Origin: Gonapodya sp. JEL0774
Taxonomy: Eukaryota
Length of the DNA: 64,000 nucleotides
Assembly: GCA_027604505.1 (NCBI GenBank)
Contig: JADIIX010000007.1
Location: forward strand, 124,001 to 188,000
Reading direction: 5' to 3'
A model generated the notes under the pieces. The model was not told where the DNA came from and did not search any database. It saw only the letters and a program-made list of their open reading frames with translations. Made by a program: the position numbers and the translations under genes. This document shows positions 12,301 through 27,632 of this stretch, one piece after another. Position 1 is the first letter of the stretch; every line of letters starts with the position of its first letter.

Positions 12301-15300
12301 ACCAACCTGTGTCAGCATTGCTCTGTTCTCCATTGTCACCTGATTCACCAGGGTAACGGCCCCTGCTGCTGAGCATCGGACCATGAGAGGATCCCCCTAA
12401 GCCAAAAATATACGATCGGCCATGAAAATACAAGGATTGCTTTTGTGATCAACGGTTTTACCTATGTTGTTCTTCGCCTTGGATCCCGTCACAAAACCTG
12501 CAACAACAAGATGTTGAGCTTGTGGGAACATTTTGCCCGTAGATCTGACTCACAGAAACTCGACACGTGTGATGCTTGGCCACATCTTGTGCAGCTGGTG
12601 TTCCAGAGGAATAAGTCAGGCTATTCGAATGGTTCGCACTGGAAACCAAACGCACGATTCGTCTTTCCGTTTGCATGCATTAGATCGGTGATCGAACTCC
12701 CCGCAACGAAGACAACTGCTCGAAAAAATACTCAACAAAGGAGCGCTTTAGCAAATGGGGCGGTGACTTACCCTCCCTTCGCGATTACTTGTTGGCGGAA
12801 TGACAACTTTTCAAATTGCCAATCGGGGATCTAGATCAAAAAGACGATGATTAAGCGGGGCAACAGAATATAGAAGGTTTCGATGAAATTTCAGATGTTA
12901 ACACTCACGTTGAACACACCTTTAACTTTTTCGCGTTCAATCGGCTCCCCGGCTTCTGCAAGCTTCTCCAAGTTTTCTGGGGTGTTCCCACCTTCTGCCA
13001 ACAACAAACAACTGAAATTGTCGAAGCTGCAGATAAACGCCACAAGAATCAATTACATCATACCATTCGCGATGAACATGCGGTCATAAGTGAAGACACC
13101 AGTCCACCTCTTGTTCCTTCCGTTCCGAGAGTCAACAAGTTCCTTGCTTGGGGGGATCGCTCTATGCGAAAAGTCACACCATCGATGCTTTTGAGATCAA
13201 AAGATCGTTCCCAACAAAATAGTGACGCACTTGTCCACCGCGATTAAATGAAACCGCATATTGTTCTCGCGGAGCTTTAGCTCGAGCTTCTGGTAGTCCA
13301 TTCGGGGAGCGAGAAGGTACTGCCTAAGTTTCTCAGCTTCAACTTTGGCCTTTTTGGGAGTGATGCCCTTATCAAGTACTACGATCTGAATTTGTGCATT
13401 GATTCCTGGTCAGGATATTTGACCGCAACGAACAAACAATGGCTCATCCAAATGTACCTCGGACCATATCGCCTCGGCTTCCTCTTCAGTAAGTTCTTGA
13501 ACCGGTGGGAGCTCGGCCTGAACAATGAATCGACAAGGACTTATCTGAGAAGAATTTGTTGACTGCGAACGGAGCCAACACTTACTTCTTGAGGCTGTTC
13601 AGCAGCAGGGTGTTGGCACTGTGACAATCACCATCGAAACATCAGAAAACACATCTCCCTGTCATCAAAGTTGATACGATTTACCTCTGCATTATTTCTT
13701 CCACTCGACAACACTTGAAGCATCGCCGCTCCCTCTTCCGGAGACTTATCCACGATACTCCACAAGCCAGTCCCCGCGTTTGCATGTTCACCTGCCGCCT
13801 GCCCGCCCGCTGATGCACCCCAGCCAGTGGTCGCTTGAAAATTGGCAGGTGGATCACTCGCAGACGATCCCCATCCACTTCCACTCCCACCGTTGCCTCC
13901 CCATCCGGTGCCTTGGGTCTCAGATTTGAAAGGAGCCGTGGTGTTGAGGAGCTCGGAAGCGCTCGTTGAAGATCCCCATCCACCAGCATTGCCGCCAGTG
14001 CTACTACCTCCCCAATCGGTGGTTACCGGGTCGGACTTGGTGGATGTGATCTGGATATTGGTTGCTTTGGGAGCACTCGAGGAGGAATGTGAGTCACCTC
14101 TGGTCTCCCCTCCCAATCCATTTGCCCCTGCTCCATTGTTTACAGAAATGATGTCACTTGTTCCCATCTCGGTCTCAGAGCGCGTTGCTTCAATTTTGTC
14201 GGCCCCAGGATCAGGAGTTGCCCATCCAGACGAAGAAGTTGCGACCTCTGGCACTCCCCTGTCGTTTGCAATTTGCATCATCGTCTCTGTGCTCGTATCT
14301 GCATCAGCTCCACCGTGCGAGATCTTTGCCGGAGAAGACTTGTTCATCTCTTCACCACTCATGGTAACCGCCAACCCACCCGCACTCAGTTCAGTCTTAA
14401 CAGTCTCCACAAAATTGGCGGGATCGGTTCCTGCACCACCATTTCCAAATCTCCAACCTGACGATCCCACCGAAGGAGGCTCTGGTACACCCCACGTGCT
14501 GCTCGTGCTTGATTGGAGAGTTTGGGCGGACTCCGGCGCTTGTTCGGTGGTGGACTCCAAGACTGGTTGGACTATAACTTCGTCCTTATGCATGCGTTTC
14601 TTGGGATTCGAACCCATCATTTTGCTGAAATCAGGAACAGACGCGCTTGACATTGAAAGGACCTTTACGATTTGAAGCGGCTCCTTGTTTTGATCTGGCT
14701 CAGCCGTCTCATCAGCTGGCGCGATCTTGGTCTCGACCATCTCCAAGCTCCGCTCCCCATCGAAGAACTGGAGTTCAGAGCTTAGGTCAGGCTTTTGAGA
14801 GTTTCGGGTGAATGGAAGGAGCTGTGGAGTGTGGCATTGCAGAAACGAAAATCATCAAATTAGTCTCAGAAATAAACAAACCATGTTTCAAAGAGCGGAC
14901 GATCACGCAAGATCAGTTTACCATATCACTACCCTCTCCCGTGTGAATCTCCGTTATATCATTATCCCCTGCCTCGTCGCTAATGCCCCGTTCCGTTGAC
15001 ACTTTCATCTGAAGGCTATCTGTCACTTCTGGCTTGCTGATCAATACCTCGACGGAAGTTTCGAGGTCAGTTTTCAGCTCCGTCAGGTCCGAAGTGCTCG
15101 GTCCGTGGAAATTCTGACGGTGCCAGATGGGTGTTATGGGATAACGGGAGCGGTAAGACAAGAAACAGGCTCCATGCATAGTGGATAATGCCGATTACGA
15201 ACCTCGTTCTCTGCGCAATCGCTCACTTTTTGATTTTGCTCTCCCTCTAGAATAAAGTTCGAAGATGGAGTTGGAGGTCTGATAGTGGTACTTTGGATAA

Positions 15301-16195
15301 CGTTCGAAGAACCTGGGGTAGAAGGAGTGGAGCTTTGGAGAACGTTCGAGGAACTTGGAGTTATGGGCGTAGTGCTTTGGGCAACGTTTGAAGAACTTAG
15401 AGTTGTGGTAGTTGTACTTGGGGTAACATTGAGAACGTTGTTACAAATTCCCTGATGAGAAAGATATCGGAGAAGAAAATGCGAGAGGAAATTGCGAAAT
15501 GAGAGCAAATGAGTTGAGAAACGGATATAGTTGAACGCAGGAAGTGAAACCATGACGTCCCCTTCTCATGAGAAACCCTTCCCCACCATCACCAAAAAAA
15601 ATAAAGTATTGCAGATAATGTGAATCCGCTCCTATCACATCCAGGCATTCAAGAACATTGTGCAGATTCCAACATTGGCATGACTCGACCCAGTGTTTGC
15701 ACTCACCTCTTCGTTCAGGATCTCTTCACTCCGCTTTGTCCTCCATTCCCCATCCACAATGTACTTGTACTTCACGAGTCCGATCTGATCCGCCACATGC
15801 GATATACCAGAGTATGCAAGAGAGCAACAACTGCGGCTCAGATCAAGGTATTACGCACCTTCTTCACCTCAATCTGTACAGCGTGAGTGCCCTCGAGGTT
15901 TCTATCAAGGGGGTGAATGATCCTAGCGTAGGGATCGGGCATAGTTACGCAGATGACAAAACCAGCCTGTGTAAGTGCATCTTAACTCACCAGCCATCCC
16001 AGTCTCCCGCGACGGAGACTTTATCGGCAGGGTCAGACCACTCGAACTAATTGTTCCATTAGTGAAGAGAAGCAGTGAGACGTGCGTGATCGGACTTGTA
16101 ACTGGAGAAAGCTTCACCACACGGTTCTAACCGGAACTCACGAGGACTTTAGTGGGACCGGACTCAGCTTGGTCCGACATCTCAAGTTTCTCCAT
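9325..16195 (-). CDS. Large multi-exon protein: N-terminal CBM48/AMPK-beta-like glycogen-binding domain, S/T-rich linker, GW/WG repeats, CnjB-like domain, 14 CCHC zinc knuckles and an RGG-like tail
   Basis: Hand-spliced N-terminus: MEKLEMSDQAESGPTKVL|FEWSDPADKVSVAGDWDGW|..|VKYKYIVDGEW..|GICNNVLNV. GWG repeats lie at 13750-14500 and 11640-12240. Central domain: EEAEAIWSE..YQKLELKLRENNMRFHLIA..PENLEKLAEAGEP. Then 14 CX2CX4HX4C motifs and the tail GGYGRG..SSSGW* ending at 9325. The frame is kept across all inferred junctions. Confidence 0.75.
15256..15400 (-). repeat. Coding tandem repeat with a period of about 42 bp (SSNVxQSTTP-like, 3-4 copies)
   Basis: The + strand unit ctttgg..aacgtt(c/t)ga(a/g)gaac recurs at about 15291, 15333 and 15375. 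Confidence 0.8.
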
Positions 16196-16768
16196 TTGTC
16201 GAGACTATTTGATGTGGGTGATTCACGGGGCTTGAAATCGGTCTAAGTTGCGTGTTGGAAATGGAATTCAGAAAGAACAAAGGCCGAGAAGGGAACACCA
16301 GCTCCTGTGCCCGGATCGGACACTGTCCTCCGAATGACCTCTCCGCGTCTCTTTCAAGCTCTTTTCTCGATCTCTCGTGTCTTGCTTGGATTTTCTCCCT
16401 CCACAACAATCCCCACGTCACTGAGCGGTTCAGCCAGTGCTGAACCGTAACGTCTGCGACTACATCTGCGTCCCCTCTCTCACCTCTCACCTCTCAATTG
16501 TCGTTCTCACCTCTGGTTTCGTTACCCTCGGTTCCAGACTCGCGGTTATCCTTCTCCCTCCATTGTGGCGCAGAGCAGTTGGCCCCAGCACCACATGTGA
16601 TTTCTTGTTATTCCCTTCCCACATTATTTCGTCCATAACAACAACTCCACCGTTAAACATACTATGCACATTGAAGAAGCCGATTTCTTTTTCTGGTTTA
16701 ATGTCAAATCCACTGGCCCGCCGATCGTCGCAGGGGGTTCGCGACCACCCAGACTCAAGATGTTTCCC

Positions 16769-18895
16769 CTAACAATCACGGTCTATTTCTCCCATTACCA
16801 CATCTCTAGCAGCACTCTCATTAGGTGCCAATCCCTCCATCACCTTCTTCCTCTTCTTCCCCCTCCAAGCCCCCCTTCGCTCCACCTTTACCACCCTCCT
16901 CCTCTCCCTGTCCTCCCTCGACCTCGGGCCTTTAGCCTTTTTGTCCCCGCGCGGCGCAGCCAGCGAGCGGACAGAGGTGGAAATGTAGGTCGTAGTGGGG
17001 GTTGGTGGGAGGGTGGATTGTGACTTCGGTACAAGTGTGGATGCGGACTGGGAGAATGGGGAGCTTGTGGATGGGGACGGAAGCCATGGGATAGACGGGT
17101 TGGGGGGAAGGAGGGAGGCTAGGTGGGGGTGGGGAGTAAGAGACTTGTGAAGAGAGCGGGATAGCGAGGAGGATGTGACGAGTGAGCGCAGAGGGCAAGT
17201 AGCAGGTCACTCAATGGAAGCAAACAAACAGAGGAACAATACTACACACGTTTGACCATCGCAGATCGTCCGAACGTAGCCGCTTGGACTGAAGTAGGCA
17301 CTCCGCAGCCACACGCCGCACGAATACTCTCAAAGCGCAAACCCGTTTGCCGACTCCCAATTACTTATCCCAACGCTCGACGCAACCCAGCTTTCAGCTC
17401 CATTCTCCCGCTATAGGGTCCTCTCGAACGTTCGCATCCCCACGGGTGAAACTTCTCAGTTTCTACTGTTACCAACGAACCCTGCTCCACTCTTTCGAAT
17501 CTCTCACACAACACCAAATCACGCATCCCTCAACTCACCCTGAGCCCCACAACGCTGACCCTACCTCCCGCCGCCTCACTCAACTTCTTTTCGGACCCTA
17601 CTGGTAGCCCAACAAGTCTGACTTCACCCTCTGCAACACGATGGAGCGAATCCGCTCCTTTCACTGAATCCGTCTCAAGCCACCCTGCCGTAGAGGAGAG
17701 TTTACACAGTGCTGGAAGGTGGGCCGTGGCGTTGGCCGGTAAGTCAGCGCGGCAGACGAAGAGAGCGTGAAGGGGAGGTAGCGGCGGGAGTGGGGATGTT
17801 GCGGAGTCCGGAAGTGTGTTTGCTGATGAAGTCGTGGCAGGGGACGAAGAAAATGATGCGATGAGCTTGGTGTGGCGGGATAGGACACGAGTGGCAAAGG
17901 ATAGGCCGATGACGGGCGAGAGTGTGGTCTGTGGGTTCTCCTGAGCAGGAGTTACTGCCGGAGACGTGACGGGTGCGAAGGCAGGCTCCACGATTTCCAT
18001 TCCGCTAGCTTTGGCACTAACTCCCGAACTTGGATCCTCCCCCTCTACCTCCATCGCTCTGCCTGCCGCACCCGCACCACCTGCAGCAGCATCCCTCTTC
18101 CTGAACCTTTTAGCCCGCGTTTTGGCCCGCCTTTCAATGAGTTTGCGCATGCGATCGTTATCACGGGTTAGAGAAGAGGAGAGGCGCTGGGCACCGAGGG
18201 GACTGAGGAGGCTTGAACGGGAAAGGTGCAAAGAGGGCGAAGGAACGATGGCGGTGAGGGGTGCTGTCGTTTCGATCAAGTGTGGCAAATTTGAGACACT
18301 CGCAAGAGAGTAGGACGTACGGTAGACCCTCCGCAATGAGTCTCATGATTTTTCATTGCCCAACGTTGCGGGTAACGTCCACTTCTGGGCATACCAAACG
18401 AGAAACGGAACCAAAGAGCGGCCAAACACCAGACCATGAATTGCACGAACAAAACATCGTGAAGGCAACGAATTCATGCGGTCCCTTGAGGCCCCAAGTC
18501 CAAAGAGTCCAGTCTACTTGCTCCCAACTTTTCGCATTTACTTACCGACACAGCTCTTCGACTATAGCATCAGCGGCAGGCCCCGATACAGAATGCCTTG
18601 CAGAAGTTTTGGAAGATTGATTGAGAAAGACACGGAAGGAGAGTGAAATCAGGATTGAGATGGAACTGAATGAGGATCAAGGAAATGGGGACAGAGCTCA
18701 CCATGACGTAGACAGAGGGTTCGCAAACACGTGTTTCAGATTAGGTCTCTTGTCCTGATTTCTGAGCGACTGAGACTGAGTCTGGGACTTTGCATGGGTG
18801 GAGTTAGAATTGGGACCCGTTCTTTTGGAATTCGCGTTATTTGGGGTTGCAGCATTCGCCGTCGTTCGGGCATTGGATGTACTGGATGACGACAT
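16769..18895 (-). CDS. POP3: RNase P/MRP protein subunit Pop3/Rpp38 (L7Ae-like); multi-exon
   Basis: Motifs KHVFANPLSTSW, VIGLSFATRVL, LFVCRADLPANATAHLPALC and VRLVGLPVGSEKKLSEAAGGRVSVVGLR. The last exon reads PSIPWL..YISTSVR into a basic tail ending at 16769. I could not fully resolve the internal junction near 18300-18550. Confidence 0.7.
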
Positions 18896-19551
18896 GGATA
18901 AAAGCTCCTGGTCTTGGTCCTCTTCCTCCTCGCGAAGACGAAGGGGTGTGTGGTGTGACCAAAAGTGAAGATGTCTCGCCTAAAACAGAACTGCCGAAGT
19001 GAAGGGCGACCCAGCATTCTCCACAACCTACTAGAAATTACTTCGTGGGAACCCACTCTACTGTCATGGAAGCTTCTTAATTGCATTTCCGAGGCTTTGC
19101 GTCATTCGATCGGCTACAGCTCGCGCACTCCACTTTATTGTAAAGCCGCGTGCTTTCACATCGAGGCATTTAACGTGGCCTAGATCTCTACCTCTTTCTA
19201 CCGCCATTAATACACTTTTTGTTCCCCGCCGCCATTCCGCACCTCCGTCATCTTGCCGTGTCTCCGAAATTTCGAAGGTTGTCAGGTGTGGCCGGCACAC
19301 TATGACGTCCCATTTTGGGAATAATTTCATGCCGTGTCAAGCTAGAGCTCTTTTTCGTATGTACCACTCACTATGTGCCACTCGAGAACACAACACTATG
19401 ACAAGAAAGGTGATGCCATGTATGAGCAATAGGAGCTTAACGATCAAATAAATTTCTCTTCGCTCCCACAGTTCGCAGTTCAGATGATGATGCACATATA
19501 TGTGATACATGGGTTGGTGGACCTCACTCAATCGCCATATATAATATATCG

Positions 19552-21038
19552 ATGCTCCACCAAACCGCCCCACGCATCCAATCAGGATTTTTACTGGCAT
19601 TTTATGCTCTCGTCTCGTTTGGATTTGAAATAATCGCCCACAATCCTCCGCTTCCGTCGATTCCACCTGGGACTTCGTTTCAGATTCAATTGTCGGGAAC
19701 CGTAGACAGTGGGTTACTTCAGGAGACGTCATTTCTAGACCAGATGGTGTCGAATTTAATGAGCTATGCCATTCATGCGCGGCCCTGTATTTCAATGCTT
19801 TCTCAGCCTCGATCCCCGCGCGTGTTTATGAGCTCGACCTCTTCGACACGCCACGAGACACCATAGCGTATCTTAAAGCTCGAGGTAGCATCGTGGTATG
19901 CTACTTTTCGGCCGGTAGCTTTGAGGTAAAGGGAGTGTGCAGCGTAATCTAAAATCCGAGCGCAGATTCAGTGTAGTTTTTATCAGGATTGGCGAGAAGA
20001 CTCGTGCGCCTTTCCGGACGGAGTAAAAGGAAAGCCTCTCGATAATGTGAGCTCGTGTTGCACAATTTTTGTCATTTCGTGTCTAAACTCCGCCCTGAAC
20101 GAAGTGGCCCGGGGAACGGTGGCTCGATATCCGAGACACAGAAACTCTAGGTCCCATTATGCTGGGAAGGTTGATGCTGGCAAAGTCCAAAGGTTGCGAC
20201 GGTGAGGGTACTCTGGCATAAAAGACCTGCAAACTCATCCGAGCTGACTTGAGCGGGGGGCTCCATCGAATCAGGCGTGGACCCTGACAATGTGAGCCTC
20301 GATCTCCAATTCAAATGACATCTCGAAAGCTCGAAACTGAATTGTTGGAGGGTTCATTGTAACGGTGCACCTTCCTCCCGTTTATATTGGTGGGAACGGT
20401 GAGGTGGACGCCTTCGCAAACAAAGCATCAAAAACAGGCTTTGACATCAAAGCCTCGGACCAGCTCACTTACAACAAAATGTGGGTGGTGACGAGCTTAT
20501 TCCAATCGTCATCATTGCTTCTCCAGGGAGCTGACGACACTGATATGAGCATGTTTCAATTTCAATCAAGGATCGCTGAGGCTGCCCATTCCCACTCGCT
20601 ACTTGTCGCTCTCAAAAACTGCCAAGATCTTGCCAGCCAACTCGTGGCGTGGTATGACTTCTTGGTCACGGAAGAGTGCGTGCAGTATCGTGAATGCAGT
20701 CACGGAACTGTGTTCATTGGTGCTGGGAAAGCCAATTTCAAGTATGTAACTCTGAAATAACCTCCTATGAGTCAATTATTTGCGCTCCAGTGCTTATTAA
20801 TGACATGTCGCTTGGATTGATGTGCAGCATCGAATATAAAGGTTCTATGAGCTCCATCTGTGGCACAACTCTTGCACTCAACATTGATGCGCAAAAGAAG
20901 CACATGGACCTGACGGCGCGACGGGAGCTATGTAGAACTTATTCTGATCTACCGACAGGTTTGCAGCAGCAGGGACAACCTGCTGGTTCAGGGAATGTGA
21001 CAACAGGTGGACAAAACAAATTGCCAAAGGGACTATAA
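19552..21038 (+). CDS. Glycoside hydrolase family 114 (endo-alpha-1,4-polygalactosaminidase, Ega3-like) with a signal peptide or anchor; multi-exon
   Basis: Spliced: SFQIQLSG, VYELDLFD, VVCYFSAGSFEDWRED, WPGERWLDIR, AKSKGCDGVDPDNVD, DQLTYN, VALKN, VTEECVQYREC, IEY. The acidic catalytic motifs DPDN and EEC are present. Confidence 0.9.
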
Positions 21039-21536
21039 AGGAGTGAAACAGCCAGACTAGGACTCTAAAGGAGTAAGACAGCCGGACCAGCACTCCAGTA
21101 TAGTGATACCATGACGTGATCATATTGCATAGTTGAGAAACCGATTCTGGATGGTTGCAATTGGCACAATCAGATCGAGTGGTATTGCAAGCTATAGCAC
21201 TATCTGATACATATTGATAACTGTCACTCTTCTTGGACCCTTCGCATAACTTCTTTCCTAGTTGGTGTGTTTGTCTGCTCCACAAGTTGGCTGTGGGGAC
21301 TGTGGTCACACTGTCTATGAAATAGTATCTCCACCCTTTGACATCCACCTCTCCTCCCACTCACCCACTGAGTCCGCATCAGCACCATCCGCACTTACCT
21401 TCTGTCTCCCATTTTCCCTGTCTCCCGTGTCTACCGCGCCCGGTTTTCCATTCTTTCGATTCCTTCGATCCCTCCGAGCGTCATTAATTTTAATCGGCGC
21501 GAATTCATTTCCATTTCTCGCCTCCTCCCCATCCCA

Positions 21537-23556
21537 ATGCCAGATCTCGTCTCTTCCCTGCAGAACTTGGCAATCATCGTCTGTTTTGGCGCTGGCGGCA
21601 TTCTCTCCTTGCTCTACTGGTACCAGAGAAATCTCATATACCCTGCCAACTTCCCAGCTGATTCTCGAACGACGCTTTTCACTCCATCTCAATTCGGGCT
21701 GAACAGATGGCACGATGTCCACCTTGTTGCAGAAGATGGAGTCAAGATTCGTGCATACATGATATGGGGCGTTGGAAACTCGGCCGACACTCTCTCCAAG
21801 CCCAGCGCAGACCTTGCCTTTTCATCGTCCCAGCTCAGACAGCGTCCAACAGGGCAGCTAAATTCAGAAACTGGTGTTACCGATGCTACAGGCGCCACTG
21901 ATCTCTCTAATGCCACTGAGGCGCCTGCAGGCCAATTCTCAGACCTCACTGTAATTATATTCCACGTGAGTCAGTGAATTCCGGATACGAGAAATGAAGT
22001 GGTGACATGAGGGACGTGAGAAACGCAGAATTTAAGCGACACACGGAAAACTAATGCACAAAGAGGGACTCTAACGAGCCATCGCAACCTATACCGGAAG
22101 TTACGAGACTTCTTCTCGAACAACTCAACCATCCACAACCCGCCCAAACCATGTCCAACTCACCGCAAACATTCATTCTACGTTCCGTGCTCTTGCTCCC
22201 ACAACCTTTACCTAGGCTAACGCCGGTAACCACGGCCACCGGCTTCCGTTGGCCACCCTCCTCCACCGCCACCTCCAGCCGGCTCCCAACGTGTTCCTCC
22301 TCTCTTACCGTGGCTACGGACCCTCTGAAGGTTCTCCGACCGAGGAGGGGATAAGAATGGACGCAAGGGCCGCAGTGAACTGGGTCAAGGGTAACCCTTG
22401 GCTGGGGAAGGGAAAGGGTGGCAAGGGAAAAGTGGTGGTGTGGGGTCAAAGTATCGGAGGAGCGGTAGGTGTTTTGAGAGCGCTGTCGGTTGATAGATTG
22501 GCTTTGGCTTTGTATGGGACGTCCCTGTTGACCTGTCCACCTCGCAACTTTTCCTAATGAGGTCGCCATCGACACCGCCGCTAGCCATCCCGATGTTGTA
22601 GACGCTGTGATTGTAGAGAATACTTTTGAGAGCTTGGTAGGTAAAGAGCAGACCAGATTCATGACGTGCTTGTTTCTCATGTTCAGAAGAAGCTGAGTGT
22701 GGGTTTTGCATTTTTCATTTTTATCGGAATGGAAAGATGAAAGGAGAATATCAAGTTTTCTGAAATTCTGAGCAGTCGTGATTCTCTATTATATGTCGCG
22801 GTATTCGACGTCTCCCAATGCCGACCGCCGCCCTGCAAACCTTTCGCTGACGGGATCCTCCCCCCAGCCCTCCCTAATACCCCATGTCCTCCCCATTCTC
22901 TCTCCTCTCCGCCCTCTTATCCGCCACCTTGTCCTCGACCATTGGTCGTCCGCCACAACCCTCGCCACCGTAGCCCCCACCGTGCCCATTCTGTTCCTGT
23001 CCGGTGCACGGGATGAGCTCGTACCACAGGGACAGATGGAGGTGTTGTGGCGGGTGGGCGCGATGAGGGGTTTACGCGGAGTGGATTTAGGAGAGAAGTC
23101 GGAGAGGGAAATACCGGTACAGGTATGGAGGGAGTTTGAGAACGGGACTCACAATGATACCGTGATGCAGGAGGGGTATTTTAGAGGTGAGGATCGGGGT
23201 AGTTTCGGCACGTCGCGTCAAGTTTTGGTCAATAGTGTGCGAAGTTTTGACTGCCGTGATGAAAGACGGAGGCGTTGAGATTGTGATACGAAACCTACTC
23301 ACCTTATCCTGAAACGAATACCATCCCTCGCTTCAACATCTCACTCATCTTGACACATCACCTACTCTCCTCAGAACTTGCCGCCTTCATCCACCGCCAC
23401 GTCCTCCCACCTTCCCCTGCTATCACTGTTTCTGCCCCTCCGTACCATCGCATGGCCGGTCTCAACCGTGAAGGGGTAGTGGTGAAGTGGTCTGATGGGG
23501 ACAGGATGAATGGTGAAATTGGGATTAATGGAGGAGCAGGGAAATTAAAGATGTGA
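21537..23556 (+). CDS. BEM46: Alpha/beta hydrolase of the ABHD13/Bem46 family, N-terminally anchored
   Basis: Motifs LLYWYQRNLIYPA, FH|ANAGN, LSYRGYGPSEGSPTEEGIRMDA and ENTF. Triad: nucleophile in WGQSIGG, Asp in RDELVP, His in GTHND. Confidence 0.9.
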
Positions 23557-23926
23557 ACATTTCAGGGTGAGTCGAGGAGAAATCAGGAATAGGAAGCGGC
23601 AAGGGGGCGTGCTTGCTATAGTATTGAGTCGTCTTATTTGCAATATCGCGATTTTAATTGTGTTGAAGGGATCAGGAATGGTCACTAGATATGGTGTATG
23701 TGGGGCCCCACGACCTTCATTTCATATGAATGTCTCATTACATTAAGTTCCAAAAGAAAAGCACTGGCCAATCTATCCCGCTCTCGCATGCTCTGCCAAC
23801 AAGGACAAGTAAGCCATACATAACAGCCATAGCGGACCTGACAGTACCACTTCCTGACGGAGAACTCCCAACCGCTTTCCATCAAAACCCCTTTAACGTC
23901 CCTTTTCCTCCAACAAAAACTTATTA

Positions 23927-26984
<3,058 letters not shown>

Positions 26985-27632
26985 CTTGGTGAGAAATCCG
27001 GAAAAATGTAACACCAAGGTGACAAGACGACCAGGAATCAACAGCAGAACAAACGATGAGAATCCGGAAAATTTCAGCTTTACCTTGCAGTATTTGGGTA
27101 GAGCTCTTAGAAAGATAAAGTGGGATTCGAAAGGAATTTAAATGAGAGGGGAGAATATTTGGAACAAACGATCCGCTCCGATGTTTTCTTGATTTGAAGG
27201 GTCCAACTAGAAAGCTCCTCGTAGGTGGTTCAGAAAACAGTGAACCTATGTTGCCGGAGAGTTTGGGAGAGTGGTAAGGCGCTTCTGCTCACGAATCGCG
27301 ATGATAATGGTTTGGGGGATCAGGGTAATGGCCCGTACACCACCAAACAACCACCACATGAAACCAAACGTCTAGTCCGAAATCCGAATGAAGCTTTTCC
27401 GGGACAAAAGCATTTGTACACACGTCGATATACGTACATCATCAATCTTGAATTCGTCAGGATGAACAGATTTCGAAGAAATAGTCGTAGAGTTCAAGCA
27501 GTTATGTAGAAGGTAGCTACTTGCTTGAAAAATGTATTATGAGAGAAAGGTATCAGGGGAAACTTCGATACCACGAATCAACAAAGCCCAGTGTATAAAA
27601 TGCACGGTCCCGACATCCTGACAGGGAGAATC

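Noticed and set aside
9325..12710. CCHC knuckles as a retrotransposon Gag
   Set aside because: The knuckles are interrupted by many spliceosomal introns, and no protease, RT, integrase or LTR is nearby.
11722..14675. Pro-rich + strand ORFs (11722-12114 and 13842-14675)
   Set aside because: They are antisense shadows of the Gly/Trp-rich exons on the minus strand.
17145..17537. Long (about 390-nt) POP3 intron as a possible host of RNase P or MRP RNA
   Set aside because: I could not find complementary CR-I/CR-V (P4) motifs or snoRNA boxes on either strand. An Rfam scan would be needed to exclude it fully.
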